DNA from: Guillardia theta CCMP2712
Lineage: Eukaryota > Protista > Cryptophyta
Length of the DNA stretch: 64,000 nucleotides
Assembly (NCBI RefSeq): GCF_000315625.1
Contig: NW_005434649.1
Coordinates: forward strand, 62,001-126,000
Reading direction: 5' to 3'
Made by a program: the position numbers and the translations under genes. Under the pieces are notes generated by a model. It was not told the origin of the DNA, made no database searches, and was given only the letters and a program-made list of their open reading frames with translations. The stretch's first letter is position 1. Every line of letters starts with the position of its first letter. Positions 25,101 through 37,194 of this stretch are shown one piece after another.

Positions 25101-27683
25101 TCCCTCCTCCTCCTCTTCCACTTCTCCTCTGCTTCCTCCCCTTGCTCCTCCCTCACCATTGCTGCTTCCTCTCCGAACTTCCAGCTACTCTTCACTCCTG
25201 CTCCCCAGTCGATCATCCTTCCATCTCTGCCGACAGGCATCTTTGCCATCTCCAGCTCCTCCAGCCGCAGAGAGCAAGGAGCTTGTCTCGCTCGGGTGAG
25301 TGTCTTCGGCTGAGGAAGAGGACGACGGAGAGGAGGAAGCCGGCTACATGCGCGAAGGAAGGGTGTCAGAGTTCCCCAGTGTCCTCGACCGTCGTATCCA
25401 GGAGGAATGGCAATGTCCTCAGGACGGTACAGCAACGATGCGTCGAAGAGATGGACGGAGGACCCTTCAGCCTGTGAAGGATAAGATTTGATGAGGAGAT
25501 GGAGAATGACAGGGCAAGAAGCTATAGCAGAAAGAAAACATAGGCAGAAGAAAGTGCTTGCAAAGAGACGGAAGGCAAACACAATGAGACGAGAAAGGAA
25601 AGATGACAAGTTAAGGGCCAGGAAAGAGGAGAAAGACAAAAATTGAACGATGAAGAAAGGAAAAAAGTAGCAAGAAGAGAAAGCAAGGAGAAGAGGAAAA
25701 CGAAAGAAAAGAGAATACAAGAGAGAGAGGAGGGGCGGGAAACCTCGACAAGACACTTCATCTCCTCATCCTGATCCCTTAGCCAGGGCTCATAAAGTCT
25801 GTTTGCATACAGAGCAGTAGCTTGAGCTTCCTTCATGACATCCAGCACTTGTCGACAGTATGACTTCTCTTGTTCAGCCGCATCAGGTTTGCTCGAAACT
25901 TTTCTGAAGATGATATCGATCCCGTATTTGTCTGTCAAGGATTTCTGAAATACCTTCAACGATTCCTCCAACCACACCTTAGAAGGAGAACCGAATCAAA
26001 GCAAAATTGCATTGAAAACAAAAGGAATAAGAGGGTGTGAGATGACAAAGGAGGGGAAATGGAGGACAAAAGAAAAATGAGATAGAGAAAGGCACGAGAA
26101 GAACAATTCATGAGACAGAATGATAATCGTAGAAATCATGCACAAGGTTGTAACATACAGCTGCTGCAGATCTCTCCAGCGAATGTTCACTTCCGATTTC
26201 AGGGTCCCACACAAAGACAGGGAGGACGGGACGACAAAGGCTCGCCTGCGGTGCATGGAGGAGCAAATTCAAACATGATCAGGTCAAGCTTGATCGAAGA
26301 GCGATGATGACGTACCGCATGGAAGAGCGCTGGATTGTCTTCGAGCCGAAGGTCGTTGCGGAAGAGCACGACCACAGGTGACCCGTCGACTTGTGAGGTT
26401 TGAGACCTCTGCAGAGGAAACAAGGGCAGCAACAACAAAGGTTTCAGCGGGAAGGAAAGAAGAAGACACGGAAGGAAACACACCTCGGTCGTGGCTTGTA
26501 AGAACTTGTCCTTCTTTAGGGGACGCTCATCGTTGGATTGATCAAAGCTAACGCTCGTGTCTCGGAGCCCGTCTTCCTGCTCTTGACATTTCAACCGCTT
26601 CCCCAACGACACGACTCCGTCCCTTGCACTACATGCAGACAAAGTCATGTGCCTGAAACCATGCTTGTTACATTCACATACCTGTCATCTTCACCGCATT
26701 GCTCACTCTCAGCAGCATGAAACTTGTTGACTTGCACTGAGCCGACGAGCTGTTCTACTCGTCGGAAATCCTCCTCTTTCACGCATGCAGTCTCTATCAG
26801 AACTTCGACATCAAACTCTCGGTAGATCGTCACTATCTCCGTCACAACAGCATCCGCCTTGTCAACCTGTGCAAATAGATTCTCAGATACACACCAAGCC
26901 CACCCTCCCGCCAACCGAGTCCAGGAACGCCTCTGAGAGGAACACACCCTTCCATGGTCGGAATTTCATCTGACGGTAAGAACAAGTTCAATGACATGTC
27001 TTCAAATATCCGTGAAAGCAAGTCAACAAGCACCTGAGCGAGAAACTTCTTGCTGGGAACGAAGAGGGAACCGAAGATCTTGAAGGGGCTGGCGGTGGAG
27101 GAGGCAGACCTCACGGCCTGGAGGAATCGGAGACCTTCTCTCAGCAGCTCCATGTTGCTTCCAAACTGCAACCAGACGTGCGAGACGCATCCGGTTGCAA
27201 CCTTTTCCTTGAGCCTCTGCTGCTCTCTTTCTCTTTCCTTCACATCAGGGAAGTATGGGTTGAAAGCTACTCCTATCTCCGCATGCTTCTGCCTGCTGCC
27301 CGCAAGCTCCTTCAAACAGGTGATGGAGTCCAAGGACGATGAAACAACAGAGCCAGAGACCAACAGGAAGCTGCCCACCCCTGCTGGAGGGCTTGTCACG
27401 TCGTTAATGAAGGTTTTGTGCGTCTCCTGGGCTGTCCTGAGCTTGCGGTTCTTCACGCTCCAATGAAGGCAGATGTCGACGTTGGGAACATTCTCCCACA
27501 GAACTTGTGCGAAGTCGTTCAGAGTATCTTTGTTGGACTTGTTCGGCAGGTTTACCTGAATCATGTCATCCTCGCACACAGCCCTCTCCTGCTCTCCCTA
27601 ACCTTAGTGATGTTGTACTTCCTTAGGACGGGAACTAGTTTGACGAGCTCAGGGACGCTCTTGGCATGCAGCTCATAACGCAT
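22181..27683 (-). CDS. Plant-like cryptochrome/photolyase (CryP-type) with N-terminal MTHFR-like FAD-oxidoreductase domain, many exons (3' end approximate)
   Basis: Photolyase exons: [148 protein letters not shown], and a tail GYDLINLPTGEKTKVFTREEFR. Upstream exons from ATG 27683: ITK|VNLPNK, ICLHWSVKN, FLLVSGS, IGVAFNPY, RLKEKV, VWLQFG, GSLFVPS, MKFRPWKGVFLS. Confidence 0.9.
23135..23222. repeat. (GAGAGG)n microsatellite, intronic
   Basis: Direct reading. Confidence 0.9.
24841..24894. repeat. (CCCT)n microsatellite, intronic
   Basis: Direct reading. Confidence 0.9.
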
Positions 27684-28079
27684 CTTGTTGCATGCAGCTG
27701 CTGCTTTGCTGCTGGTAGATGTGGGAAAGGATGGAGGGTACAAGAGTGCTCCAGAGAGTAGCGGATGAAGAAAGAAGAAGAGGAGGATATGCAGGTTGAC
27801 GATGGAGACAATGGTGGAGGTGGAAACAACAAAGAACGATGAGCGAAGGTGGGAGTGCTTGCTGTGCAACAACATGTCAAGAGACAACAAGGACAAACAA
27901 CTGAACATGTGTTCACATCACAAATCTTACCAGCACCTGCTTGTTATCTGCCCACAAACTTGTTATGTGTCAGTCGACCACTTGAACTGAGGTTTTGTTC
28001 AGACCCTCGGACACGAGGGTTTAGGTAGGCAGCGGCCGGGCCCGCCCCAATTACCCTCGGTCTTGAGACTAGTAAACAC

Positions 28080-30432
28080 ATGTGAACTCGGGAGTTTATT
28101 CAAGAAACTGACTTGTCGGAGGTCTGCTGCTGTTCTTGTAGGGGATGAGAATCGAGAGATGTGGACGAGCACTTAGCGGGCGTTTGACCTGCTGAAAATC
28201 AGATGGCAAATCGTCTTCATACAGCACCTTGTTGAGAACAACAGCTCGCATGTGGTGGGAATCCCGATTGTCCGCCCTCCTTGCTGTCTGCGGCCTGATA
28301 TTTCTATCATGTCACTTGCGATGTTGAGTGCTAGTAGGAGGACGTGGACCTTGCATTGCTGTCCTCCCCATGACTCTCTGCGACAGCTGTCCTGTCAGGT
28401 CGTCCTGCTCGGTACGAAGATTATCATACCTCGTTTTGAGTACGGAGGAATTCCCTTCAAGTCTGTGGGGAGAGGACATTGAGCAAACTTCCTCCTCCCT
28501 CTCGCTGTTCACCTAGTCCATGGGGGAAAGCTTTGTACTCCTCGTTGCGCTGAGTGCTCGACGCCCTTGCCCTCCTGAGTGAACTCTTGAGACGGAGGAG
28601 GAGGGAGCTGGAGCGGGACTCACAAGAGCTTTCGCTGCCCGTCGATGCGCAGCAGATCTGCCGTCACTGGACGCTGCAGTACCTGAGAGAGGAGAGCTTG
28701 TGAGGACGGCATCCCAGAGCTGCTGGAAGTTACTTGTACCTTCTGCTCGTTTCTCTCTTCGATTCCACGAGGAGACTCGGTGATATCAGCTCCCTTGACT
28801 ACCCTCTTTCCTGATCTTGACTCGTGGAAGGGATTGAGGGAGAGGGGGTTCCTCCGAATCTTCGTTGTTCGTTGATGGACAAACTCGACGTTACATGAAG
28901 CACGAAGCAGAGCTCATCAGGTACCCGTACGGTGACTGGAGGCTGTCCAGCCAAACTTCGCCGACTTGACATGGGCCTCTCCTCCTGGTCGATGAAGGAT
29001 GGATTCCTGCGGAATTTCTGCACAGCAGTCAAGAGGATAGCAGACTTTCACGAGCGCAGGATGACACATCGTGAGCTTCCATTGCAGCTTGGATGTCAGC
29101 TTCACAGGGCTCCTGGGACAACAGGGGAAGCTTGAGCGACATCAGCGAGGGTTCTATCTTGAGAGTAGATCGGATCCTGTTAAGAGTTGATGAGAAGGGG
29201 AGGGAACTTCAGAACGAGTTCACCATGTGTGGCTCAGACCCTCTTGGTGAGTCTCCAGCCAGTTCGACGCTTCCATCCTAGTCCGAGTCACAGGCTCGTT
29301 CGGTGCAGATACCTGCATGTTAATGCTATGAGGACGAGCAAGATCGGTCGCAAGAATGTTCCTTGTTCGCTAGCTCCGAGGGGTTCAAGACTTCGTTGGG
29401 TTCCAAGGGGAGTTCTGCTGTCTTGACCTGCCGCTCCAACTTTAGTAGGACGATCATCAGGGGAACAAGCATCAACCTTGAAGGAGACCTTGCGGGCCGG
29501 CCTCTCGTTCAGAATCTAACGAGTCGACCCGACATGAGCGAAACAGTACTCTCAACTTCTTTCCTCACCTCGAATGACAACGCGACGTGTTTGTTCAGCG
29601 CCTGGACTGAGCGATGGTCGTTGGGCAGTTCGTGGGTGACCCCCTGTAACGAGAATCCTCAGCAACGGTCCAGCAGGGTTGAGCCGAACCGACCTTGAGG
29701 ATGACCTTTCCTTTGTTGATCACCCTCCCGGCTACAGCAAGTATGTCAAGCTCCTTGCTCGCTTAACAGCAGGCGACCTTCGTCGTACTCGGCAGGTATG
29801 ACAAGGTCAGATATCCTTTTGTGCGCTCTACACGCCAACGTCAGGCGGGGCGGTCAGAGAATGAGGGAGAGTGATTTACTCGTCGACGCGTCCCCCCCAT
29901 CCCCCTCCGTTAGGGTTGGACTGCACCTGAACATCACGACATTATCTACTGGTAGTGATGACTCGCAAGGCAATACGTATGATATCTTCCTCGTCCTCCC
30001 ATGATTTCCGCTCGATTCAAGTCCCTGTCATGCTGTTAGAATCATCGAAGAGTCACTCGTCACGCCCATTCCCGCTCATGCTGCTCCAGTTTTTCTTGCA
30101 CAAACTTCACAAAATCCTGGTGGAACGAGATCAGCNNNNNNNNNNNNNNNNNNNNNNNNNNNNNNNNNNNNNNNNNNNNNNNNNNNNNNNNNNNNNNNNN
30201 NNNNNNNNNNNNNNNNNNNNNNNNNNNNNNNNNNNCTCCCTCCCTCCCTCCCTCCCTCCCTCCCTCCCTCCCTCCCTCCCTCCCTCCCTCCCTCCCTCCC
30301 TCCCTCCCTCTCCTCCCCCTCCTCATTAGACGGTCTTGATTCTCCTTGCCTCCTCCTCCCTCTAACCTTCCTTTGACTGGAGTACGATACAGTGACCAGG
30401 AGGACCTGTACGGTCGGTCTTCCAGGGATCAT
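28080..30432 (-). CDS. Hypothetical multi-exon Ser/Arg/Pro-rich, largely disordered protein; boundaries approximate
   Basis: Series of open minus-strand segments bounded by short GT-AG introns (e.g. DFVKFVQEKLEQHEREW, AVQKFRRNPSFIDQEERP, SSVLKTRYDNLRTEQ). No family motif recognised. Confidence 0.45.
30136..30235. other. Assembly gap (100 N) adjoining a (CTCC)n tract
   Basis: Run of n, followed by a (CTCC)n repeat at 30236-30310. Confidence 1.
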
Positions 30433-31043
30433 TCTCTTCCTCCTCCTCCTCCTCCTCCTCTATCATAGTCGGGGGCTCAGCATGTCGTCTAGCGTCGCTA
30501 CTACTAGCTAGATTGCCTTCATTGTCGCCTCTCACAACAAAACATATTAAAAACCGAAATGCACAAAATGACAGACCGTTGTTGATGTCAGTACAACGTT
30601 ACGTTTCGCACTGCAAGTTCGTAACCGTTCAATTTTTCGTAACGGTGCGTAACCGTGGTCGGCACATAAGCAGAATTGCAGGAGCGGGGGTGGGGGTTCT
30701 TTAAGGAAGGGTGGGTGGGTACTTCGGAACAAGGATTTGTATGAAGTCAGAGGGTTCAGGCAGTGGGGGTGGGGTGGGAGACAATTTTTCTTCAACAGTG
30801 GGTAGGGGTAGGAGGGTCGATAGGGTATAAGGGATCATGGAGGCGAAATGGAAGGACAAGGGAAGGGAAGAAGAGAGGAGCAGCGTCTTCTGACGAGTCT
30901 GTAAGCGCTCGAGCATTTCTTGCTAGGACTTATCTACTCCGTGTTCGTTTCATTCTGTTGTCCCTCTCCCTCCCCTTTCCATTTCTTCCTTTGCACAGCA
31001 GTAAGCCGAGAACCCTTCGAGACGCTTCTCCGAGTGTGCAGCC

Positions 31044-34000
31044 ATGGTGCACGTTCAGGGTTCATGCTTCCTCCCCACACCATCGCATTCTTGTTACCAT
31101 CGATTGCATGCCCCGACGAATCGTCACTCGTTGTGCCTGAAGCCCTTCAAGAGAGCTCGACACCTTGTACTAGGATCATCAATGGCGCTGCCCCCTGAAC
31201 TGCAAGCGCTGTCTGGGCAGGTCTGCAAATATGTTGACTGTCAGGGCCTCGGCAAGAGCATTCAAGATCAGCAGCGCATGTTGTCTAAATTGTCGGGGAG
31301 TGACTGGGCCTCGCTGTCAAAGCAGATGCAACAGGAGGCAGCGGCAGCGGTGGACGGAGTGGTGAAGGTCGTGGAAGCAAACCCCGCAGCCTTCCTGTCC
31401 GTCGGGGCCGTCCTGCTGCTGTCTGTCGCTGCTGTCGCCTCTCGTCGTCCCTCCATGACAACTCCCTACCCTTCCGGGGTTTACGACAAGGACACAGCCG
31501 CGGAGTACTTCAGAGAGAGGCCCGTGCTGTTCTTTTCGAGGGGCGCGCAGATCGCCATGGCTGCTCTTGGCTTCGGCGTGTCGGTCGGGCTGGACCTGCT
31601 GATGAACAAGTATGAGGAGAACGAGGGGAAGCGGGCGGACCAGGCGACGACCATCCTGACGGAGCTCGGGCCCACGTTCATCAAGATTGGACAGTCACTA
31701 TCCATTCGCTCCGACCTTCTCTCTCCCGAGTACCTGCGGGCGCTGACGCAGCTGCAAGACAAGGTGCCTGAGTTCTCGACAGAGACGGCGATTGAGATCA
31801 TCAAGGGGGAGCTGGGGAGAGACGTCTCCTCGGTCTACGACAACTTCGATCGCCCCATCGCAGCAGCGAGCTTGGGTCAGGTGTACAGGGCAAGGCTCAA
31901 GGACGGGAGGGAGGTGGCAGTGAAGGTGCAGAGGCCGAACATCTTGGAGAGGATTGCTCTCGATATGCATCTGATCCGTGAATCTGCTCCCCTGCTGAAG
32001 AAGCTCGGAGCTCCCGGGGACATCGAGGGGCTGGTGGACGACTGGGGTTTTGGTTTCGTCAACGAGCTGGACTACAGGAAGGAGGGAGAGAATGCGGAAG
32101 CTTTCATGGAATCGATCAGCAAGACTCCTCTGGTGTTACTCGCCTCTTTCTCTAGTCCCCGCTGATCCTCCTCTTGCTCCTGCTCCTGTTTGCTCTTGCG
32201 CTCCTGCTCTTCTGCCCCTGCCTCGCTTGCCCCTCCTCCTTCTGTTGCTGCCTCTCCTCCTCCTCCTCCTCCTCCTCCTCCTCCTCCTCCTCCTCCTCCT
32301 CCTCCTTCTCTTGCTCTTCCTCCTCCGCTGCCTATCCCTCACTTGCTGCTGCAGGCCAAGGTCCTCCTCCTCCTCCTTTCTCCTCTTCTTCCTCCTCCTC
32401 CTCCTCCTCCTCCTTTCTCCTCTTCTTCTTCCTCCTCCTCCTCATTCCTCTTCCTCCTCCTCCTCCTCCTCCTCCTCCTTTCTCCTCTTCATTCCTGCTC
32501 CTGCTCCTGCTCCTCCTCGTTGTCGCTTCACTTGTTCATTGTTTTCTTCATCTTTCCTCTTTGCCATCTTGTTTCGTTTACTCGTCCGATTGATTCCCTT
32601 CCCACTTCCTCCTTCCTCCTCCACCCCCTCTCTCCTCCTCACACTCTCCGCAGGTGGTAGCTGGCGTGTACACGAGGCTCATGGCAGGAGGGGGAGCGGC
32701 GAACATCGACGTCAACGCCGTGTTCTCCGAGCTGCAGGACCTGACGGAGAAGTACGGGAACTTGTTTCAGATCCCCCCCTACTTCGCCTACATCGCCAGA
32801 GCGTTTGGAGTGCTGGAGGGCATCGGGCTCAGCAACAACCCCAAGTACGCGATCATCAGCGAGTGTCTGCCCTACATCAGCCAGCGGCTCCTGACCGACA
32901 CAAACCCGCGCACTGCCGGGGCCCTCAACACGTTCATCTTCGGGGCAGATAAGGACAAGGGTGAGAGGAGGAGGGGGGGAGAGAGGAGGGGAAGGGAGGA
33001 GAAAAGGGTCAGGAGAAGAGGGAGAGGGAGGAGAGCAAAACCATGAAGTTTGGTAGTTGGGGGACAGGGAGGGGGTGGAAAGAAGGGGAGGAGATGGGAG
33101 CCAAGAAGTCTGTCTTGTCTTGTCTTGTCTTGTCTTGTCTTGTCTTGTCTTGTCTTGTCTTGTCTTGTCTTGTCTTGTCTTGTCTTGTCTTGTCTTGTCT
33201 TGTCTTGTCTTGTCTTTTCTGTTCTCTCTCCTCACGTGCTCGAGCAGAGGATCGTCTGCTTGACGTCGAGCGGGTCGAGTGGCTTCTGGATGGCTACTCG
33301 AGCTACCAGACGGCAGCGGGAGGAGGATCGCTGGTGTCTGCTGCGAAGCCCATCACCACGGTAGGGAGAGGGAGAGAGGACGAGGGAGTGAGGAGAGCAC
33401 AGAGGAAAGAGGAAGGGAAGTAGAGAGCGGCAGAGAGGAAGGGAAGGGAAGCGGGAAGGAGGGGATGACAAGATTTCCCTCCAGGTGGTAGAGGAAGCGG
33501 CCGAGCAGCTTTCGTCCCTCCTCCTCACGGAGGATGACAGCCCTGTACAGGCAATCGTCCTGGAGCAAGTGAGCACCACACACTCTCTTCCTCCTCCTCC
33601 TTCGTCCTCGTCCTCGTCCTCGTCCTCGTTCTCAACCACCACCACCAGCAGCAGCTGCAGCTGCATCACCTCGGCATTACTTCTTGACAAAGTCCTCCCT
33701 CCTCCTCCTCCTCCTCCTCCTTCAAATTCTCCTTCCGACGGGCGTCTCTTTGATTCTTGTGCAGCTCGCCCGCATCCTCAATGCGGGAGTGAGAGGAACA
33801 TGGACGGCAATCCGTAACTCCAGGCAAGAAGAGAGGAGGAGGACGAGGAGGACGAGGACGAGGAGGAGGATTGACGGTGGAATCAGTGGGAAGATGAGGA
33901 ACGGACGAACGCTGCTGGGTATGCTCGTCGATCCTCTTGGAATCTTTAGGGGGACCGGAATCTTTACCTCCGACGAGGATGACCGAAGGGTAGGAGAAGG

Positions 34001-34372
34001 AGGAGGAGGAGGAGGACAACGAGGAGCAGGAGGACGAGTGCGAGGAGGAGGAAGAGGAGGAGGCTGACTGCTGGAGCAGGTGATGGAGGCGACGCAGAGG
34101 CTGCTGGAGGTGGTGCAGCGTCAGTCAGTGAGGGAGAGCATGGGGAGCTTGAGGCCGCAGGAGCTGCGCGCGGTCGCCGCCATCGTCGTTAGGAAGTTGT
34201 GGGACAAGCGAGCCAAGCTGCTGCTCACCTCGAACAAACTCGCGTCCACCGCCCTCCGACAGTCCCTACAGAGGTATTGGAGGAGGATGGTGGGGCGGGC
34301 AGAAGGGCAAGGTAGAGGGGAGGAGGAGGAGGGTCTGATTTCGAGTTTTGACAGGTTGGAGAGGAGGAGATG
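31044..34372 (+). CDS. ABC1K/UbiB-family atypical kinase, probably plastidial; central catalytic exons absent from this sequence
   Basis: LTELGPTFIKIGQSLSIRSDLL (KxGQ), LQDKVP, PIAAASLGQVYRA, VAVKVQRP, ELDYRKEGENA. Later exon FQIPPYFAYIARAFGVLEGIGL...YAIISECLPYI. Confidence 0.92.
32250..32520. repeat. (CCT)n-rich low-complexity tract inside the ABC1K gene
   Basis: Direct reading. Confidence 0.9.
33109..33216. repeat. (TCTTG)n pentanucleotide microsatellite, intronic
   Basis: About 20 perfect copies. Confidence 0.97.
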
Positions 34373-34789
34373 AAAAGCAACAAGAACCAGTTGATTTTTT
34401 ACATCCTACATGTCAGATTGAAAGATCTTACAGCCTTCGTCCCATGCGCTTTCTCCCCTCCCCTACACGCATCTCTCCCCGCCCCCCCTCCTTTCATGCT
34501 GCTTGAGTTTGTCCCTTGCACGACAACTGCAGCAGCAAACTTCTGCTCGTGATCATATCCGTCACCTGATCCATACGTCAATCCCTCTCTTCCCTCCTCT
34601 CCCTTTTCCCATCCTTTTCTTTCTTATTTCCCTCCTGTCCTATCAATCCCTCTCCTGTCCTGCCCTGCCCTGCCCTGCCCTGTCCTGTCCTGTCCTCTCT
34701 TGCCCCCCTCCGTCCCCCCCCCCTCCCACTGAGCTCCTCTTCTCTGTCCTCTCCTACATTACGTAAAATCTTCCCCTGCACTTCCCTCT

Positions 34790-37070
34790 AATTTCTCTTC
34801 TCCTCCCTCCTCTCTCCTTCCTCGAACTTACTTTGATCGCCCCCGTCGGCTTCCGCAGGCAGCCAGTCATCACCTGCCCGAAGTTCTTCCAAGTGTTGTG
34901 CCGCCCTCCGTCCTGCCACAGCACATGAGGCCAACGAGGAGATGGGGGGGAAGAGGAGAGGTGGAGAGCTGAGAGAGGGGAGGGAAGACGAGAGGAGGGG
35001 AGGGGAGAGGAGAGGAGAAGAGGAGGAGAGGAGGGGAGGGGAGAGGAGAGGAGGAGAGGAGGGAGGAGAGAGGGGAGAGGGGAGGAGAGAGGAGGAGGGG
35101 AGGGGAGAGGAGAGGAGAGGATGCAAGTAATAGTTTTGAATCACCTCAGCTTGGAGCTGCAGACGATGACCGACTCTCCCGAGGGCTTGCAGGAAGACAC
35201 ATCCCTGTTCCTCTCCCTCCCCGTCGACTCTGCGACCGGATCTCAGCGATAGCAGACGCAAACAGGACAGGAGAGTAGTTGAGCTGGTGCAGCACCAGAG
35301 GGGAGGCACGGGGGGAGGCAGGGGAGAGAACAGGGAGGAAGATCAGGTGGAAGAAACAAGTGATAGTAAACGCGAGAGAGGACAGAGAGGTGGAAGGAGG
35401 ACGACGATAAGGAGGAAGAGGTGTTGGTGGTGGTGGAGGAGGAGGGGGAGAGGGAGGGGCAAAGTATGGGAAGCACGTTCACCTGCTCAACGACAGAGAC
35501 CCATCAGGGCTCTGGACGACGTTGGGTCGCTTGGCCTCGTCAAGGCAAAAACAAGAAGGAGGAAGGCATTGCTCGGCCCTCTCCTGTTGAGGGTCACTGC
35601 TGAGGAAAAGCATGTTGACCAGGATGAGAAATGAGGAGGAGAGCTGCAGGAATGTGATAGAGAGTTCAAGGGGGGGGAGGGGCAGGGAGGAGGACGAGGT
35701 GGAGGTGGAAAGGTTTGGAGAAGGAGAGGAAAGGAGGGTGATGAAGGAGGGGAAAGAGAGAGAGGAACGAATGCGGGAAAAGGAGGGGAAAGGTAGAGAC
35801 AAATGCGGGGAAAGGAGGGAGAGGAAGCAGGAAGAGTATTGCTTGAAGACCTCGGGTTTGGGAGGAAGGAGCGACTGCTGCTGGTGCTCCATGACGTACT
35901 GCTGCTGCATCCTCTTGTACTCCTCCTCACTCTTCTCACTCTGCTGCGCACGGCGACCTTGCGCCATGTCGTCCTGAGGTGAAATCAGCTGGGGGAGAGG
36001 GAGAGGAAGAGGAAGAGGGAGAGGGAGAGGGGAAGGGAGACGGAGAGGGAGGGGGAGAGGGAGAGGGAGGGGGAAGGAGCGGGAGCGGGAGCGGGAGACG
36101 AAGGAAGGATGAATAAGGGAAGTGAAAGTTCAGGAAGGAAGACGAGGCAGGGAAGGGAGCATCAATGCTGCAGCACACTCAAGGTTTTGAACCAACGACT
36201 CACCCCGCTCTGTCCCTCCTGCGCTCCCTCATCGCTCAGCTTCCCGTTCCTCTCCTTGCTGCTTCCCGATGGGACGTACAGGACTGGAGCTGTTGACATG
36301 CCGCGGCTGGAGAGAACTTCAACCTCCTTCTCAAGGCTCTTGACAGCCTTGCTCAGCAGCTGAATCTGCTACAGGGTGAGAGAAGCGGGAGGACATGTGA
36401 AGAAGATCAGGAAACCTTCTTGTCTTCTCCTTCTTTCACGTCGACCAGCTCCTTCTGCAAATCGAGGAGGTAGTTGTCGCTCTGTGGGGAGCCTGCAGAC
36501 TTTGATCGCGCCATGTGGTCGACATGATCTTGCAGGGCTGAAATCACATGCTGTACGCCTGACTCGTCCTGGGGAACGTCAAAGGACAGCAAGTTTACAG
36601 CATGACTGGGCGTACATCTTTCTGTGCAGTAGACTGTTTCGATTGCATTCCTTGCCCTGTCATGTAGATCTCAGAGAAGATTTTGAGGACCTTGATGAGC
36701 ATACTTGTCTTCTTCGATGGATGAGACGTATCGAAAGCGGCTCTATCCTCGGCAAAGCGGGCTAGAATGTTCTGAGGTATGGTATTTCTGTTCGATCGAT
36801 TGGAAGTCTCCTTGTCATGAACCTCCTTCTTTGCTCCGAATATGTCAGAGGAGATATCTTCATCGTCGTATACAGCCTAGAACATTGCGGAAAGAGTTAC
36901 AAGTGACCGCAAGATGATGAGAATCGCTCACTGTCTTCGCATCTATCCCGTAGCCAACAGGCCTGAAAGCGCTGAAGCACATCGTCACATAGGAGGACTA
37001 GGCATCCGGTTCAGACCTCATCATCAGAACGTCCGCCTTGCTGCCATGTCCGCCTCCAGTTTCTCTTCTC
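34790..37070 (-). CDS. Hypothetical multi-exon coiled-coil protein; boundaries approximate
   Basis: Minus-strand exons AVYDDEDISSDIFGAKKE..., ISALQDHVDHM...YLLDLQKELVDVKE, IQLLSKAVKSLEKEVEVL and EEEYKRMQQQY, separated by pyrimidine-rich introns. Confidence 0.5.
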
Positions 37071-37194
37071 ATCACAGCTACAACCATCATCACCACCGTC
37101 AACCCGCCGGAGAGCATGGCCGCGCCTTGCCGCCATCCTGCTAAATCCGGCATGAATGAAGTCCAAGCGGCACCGGTGTAGATGGGAGTCCAAT

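Noticed and set aside
32050-32952. 300-aa poly-Leu/Ser ORF and similar poly-amino-acid ORFs (48613-49009, 33043-33423, 51943-52245)
   Set aside because: Translations of microsatellites, mostly intronic.
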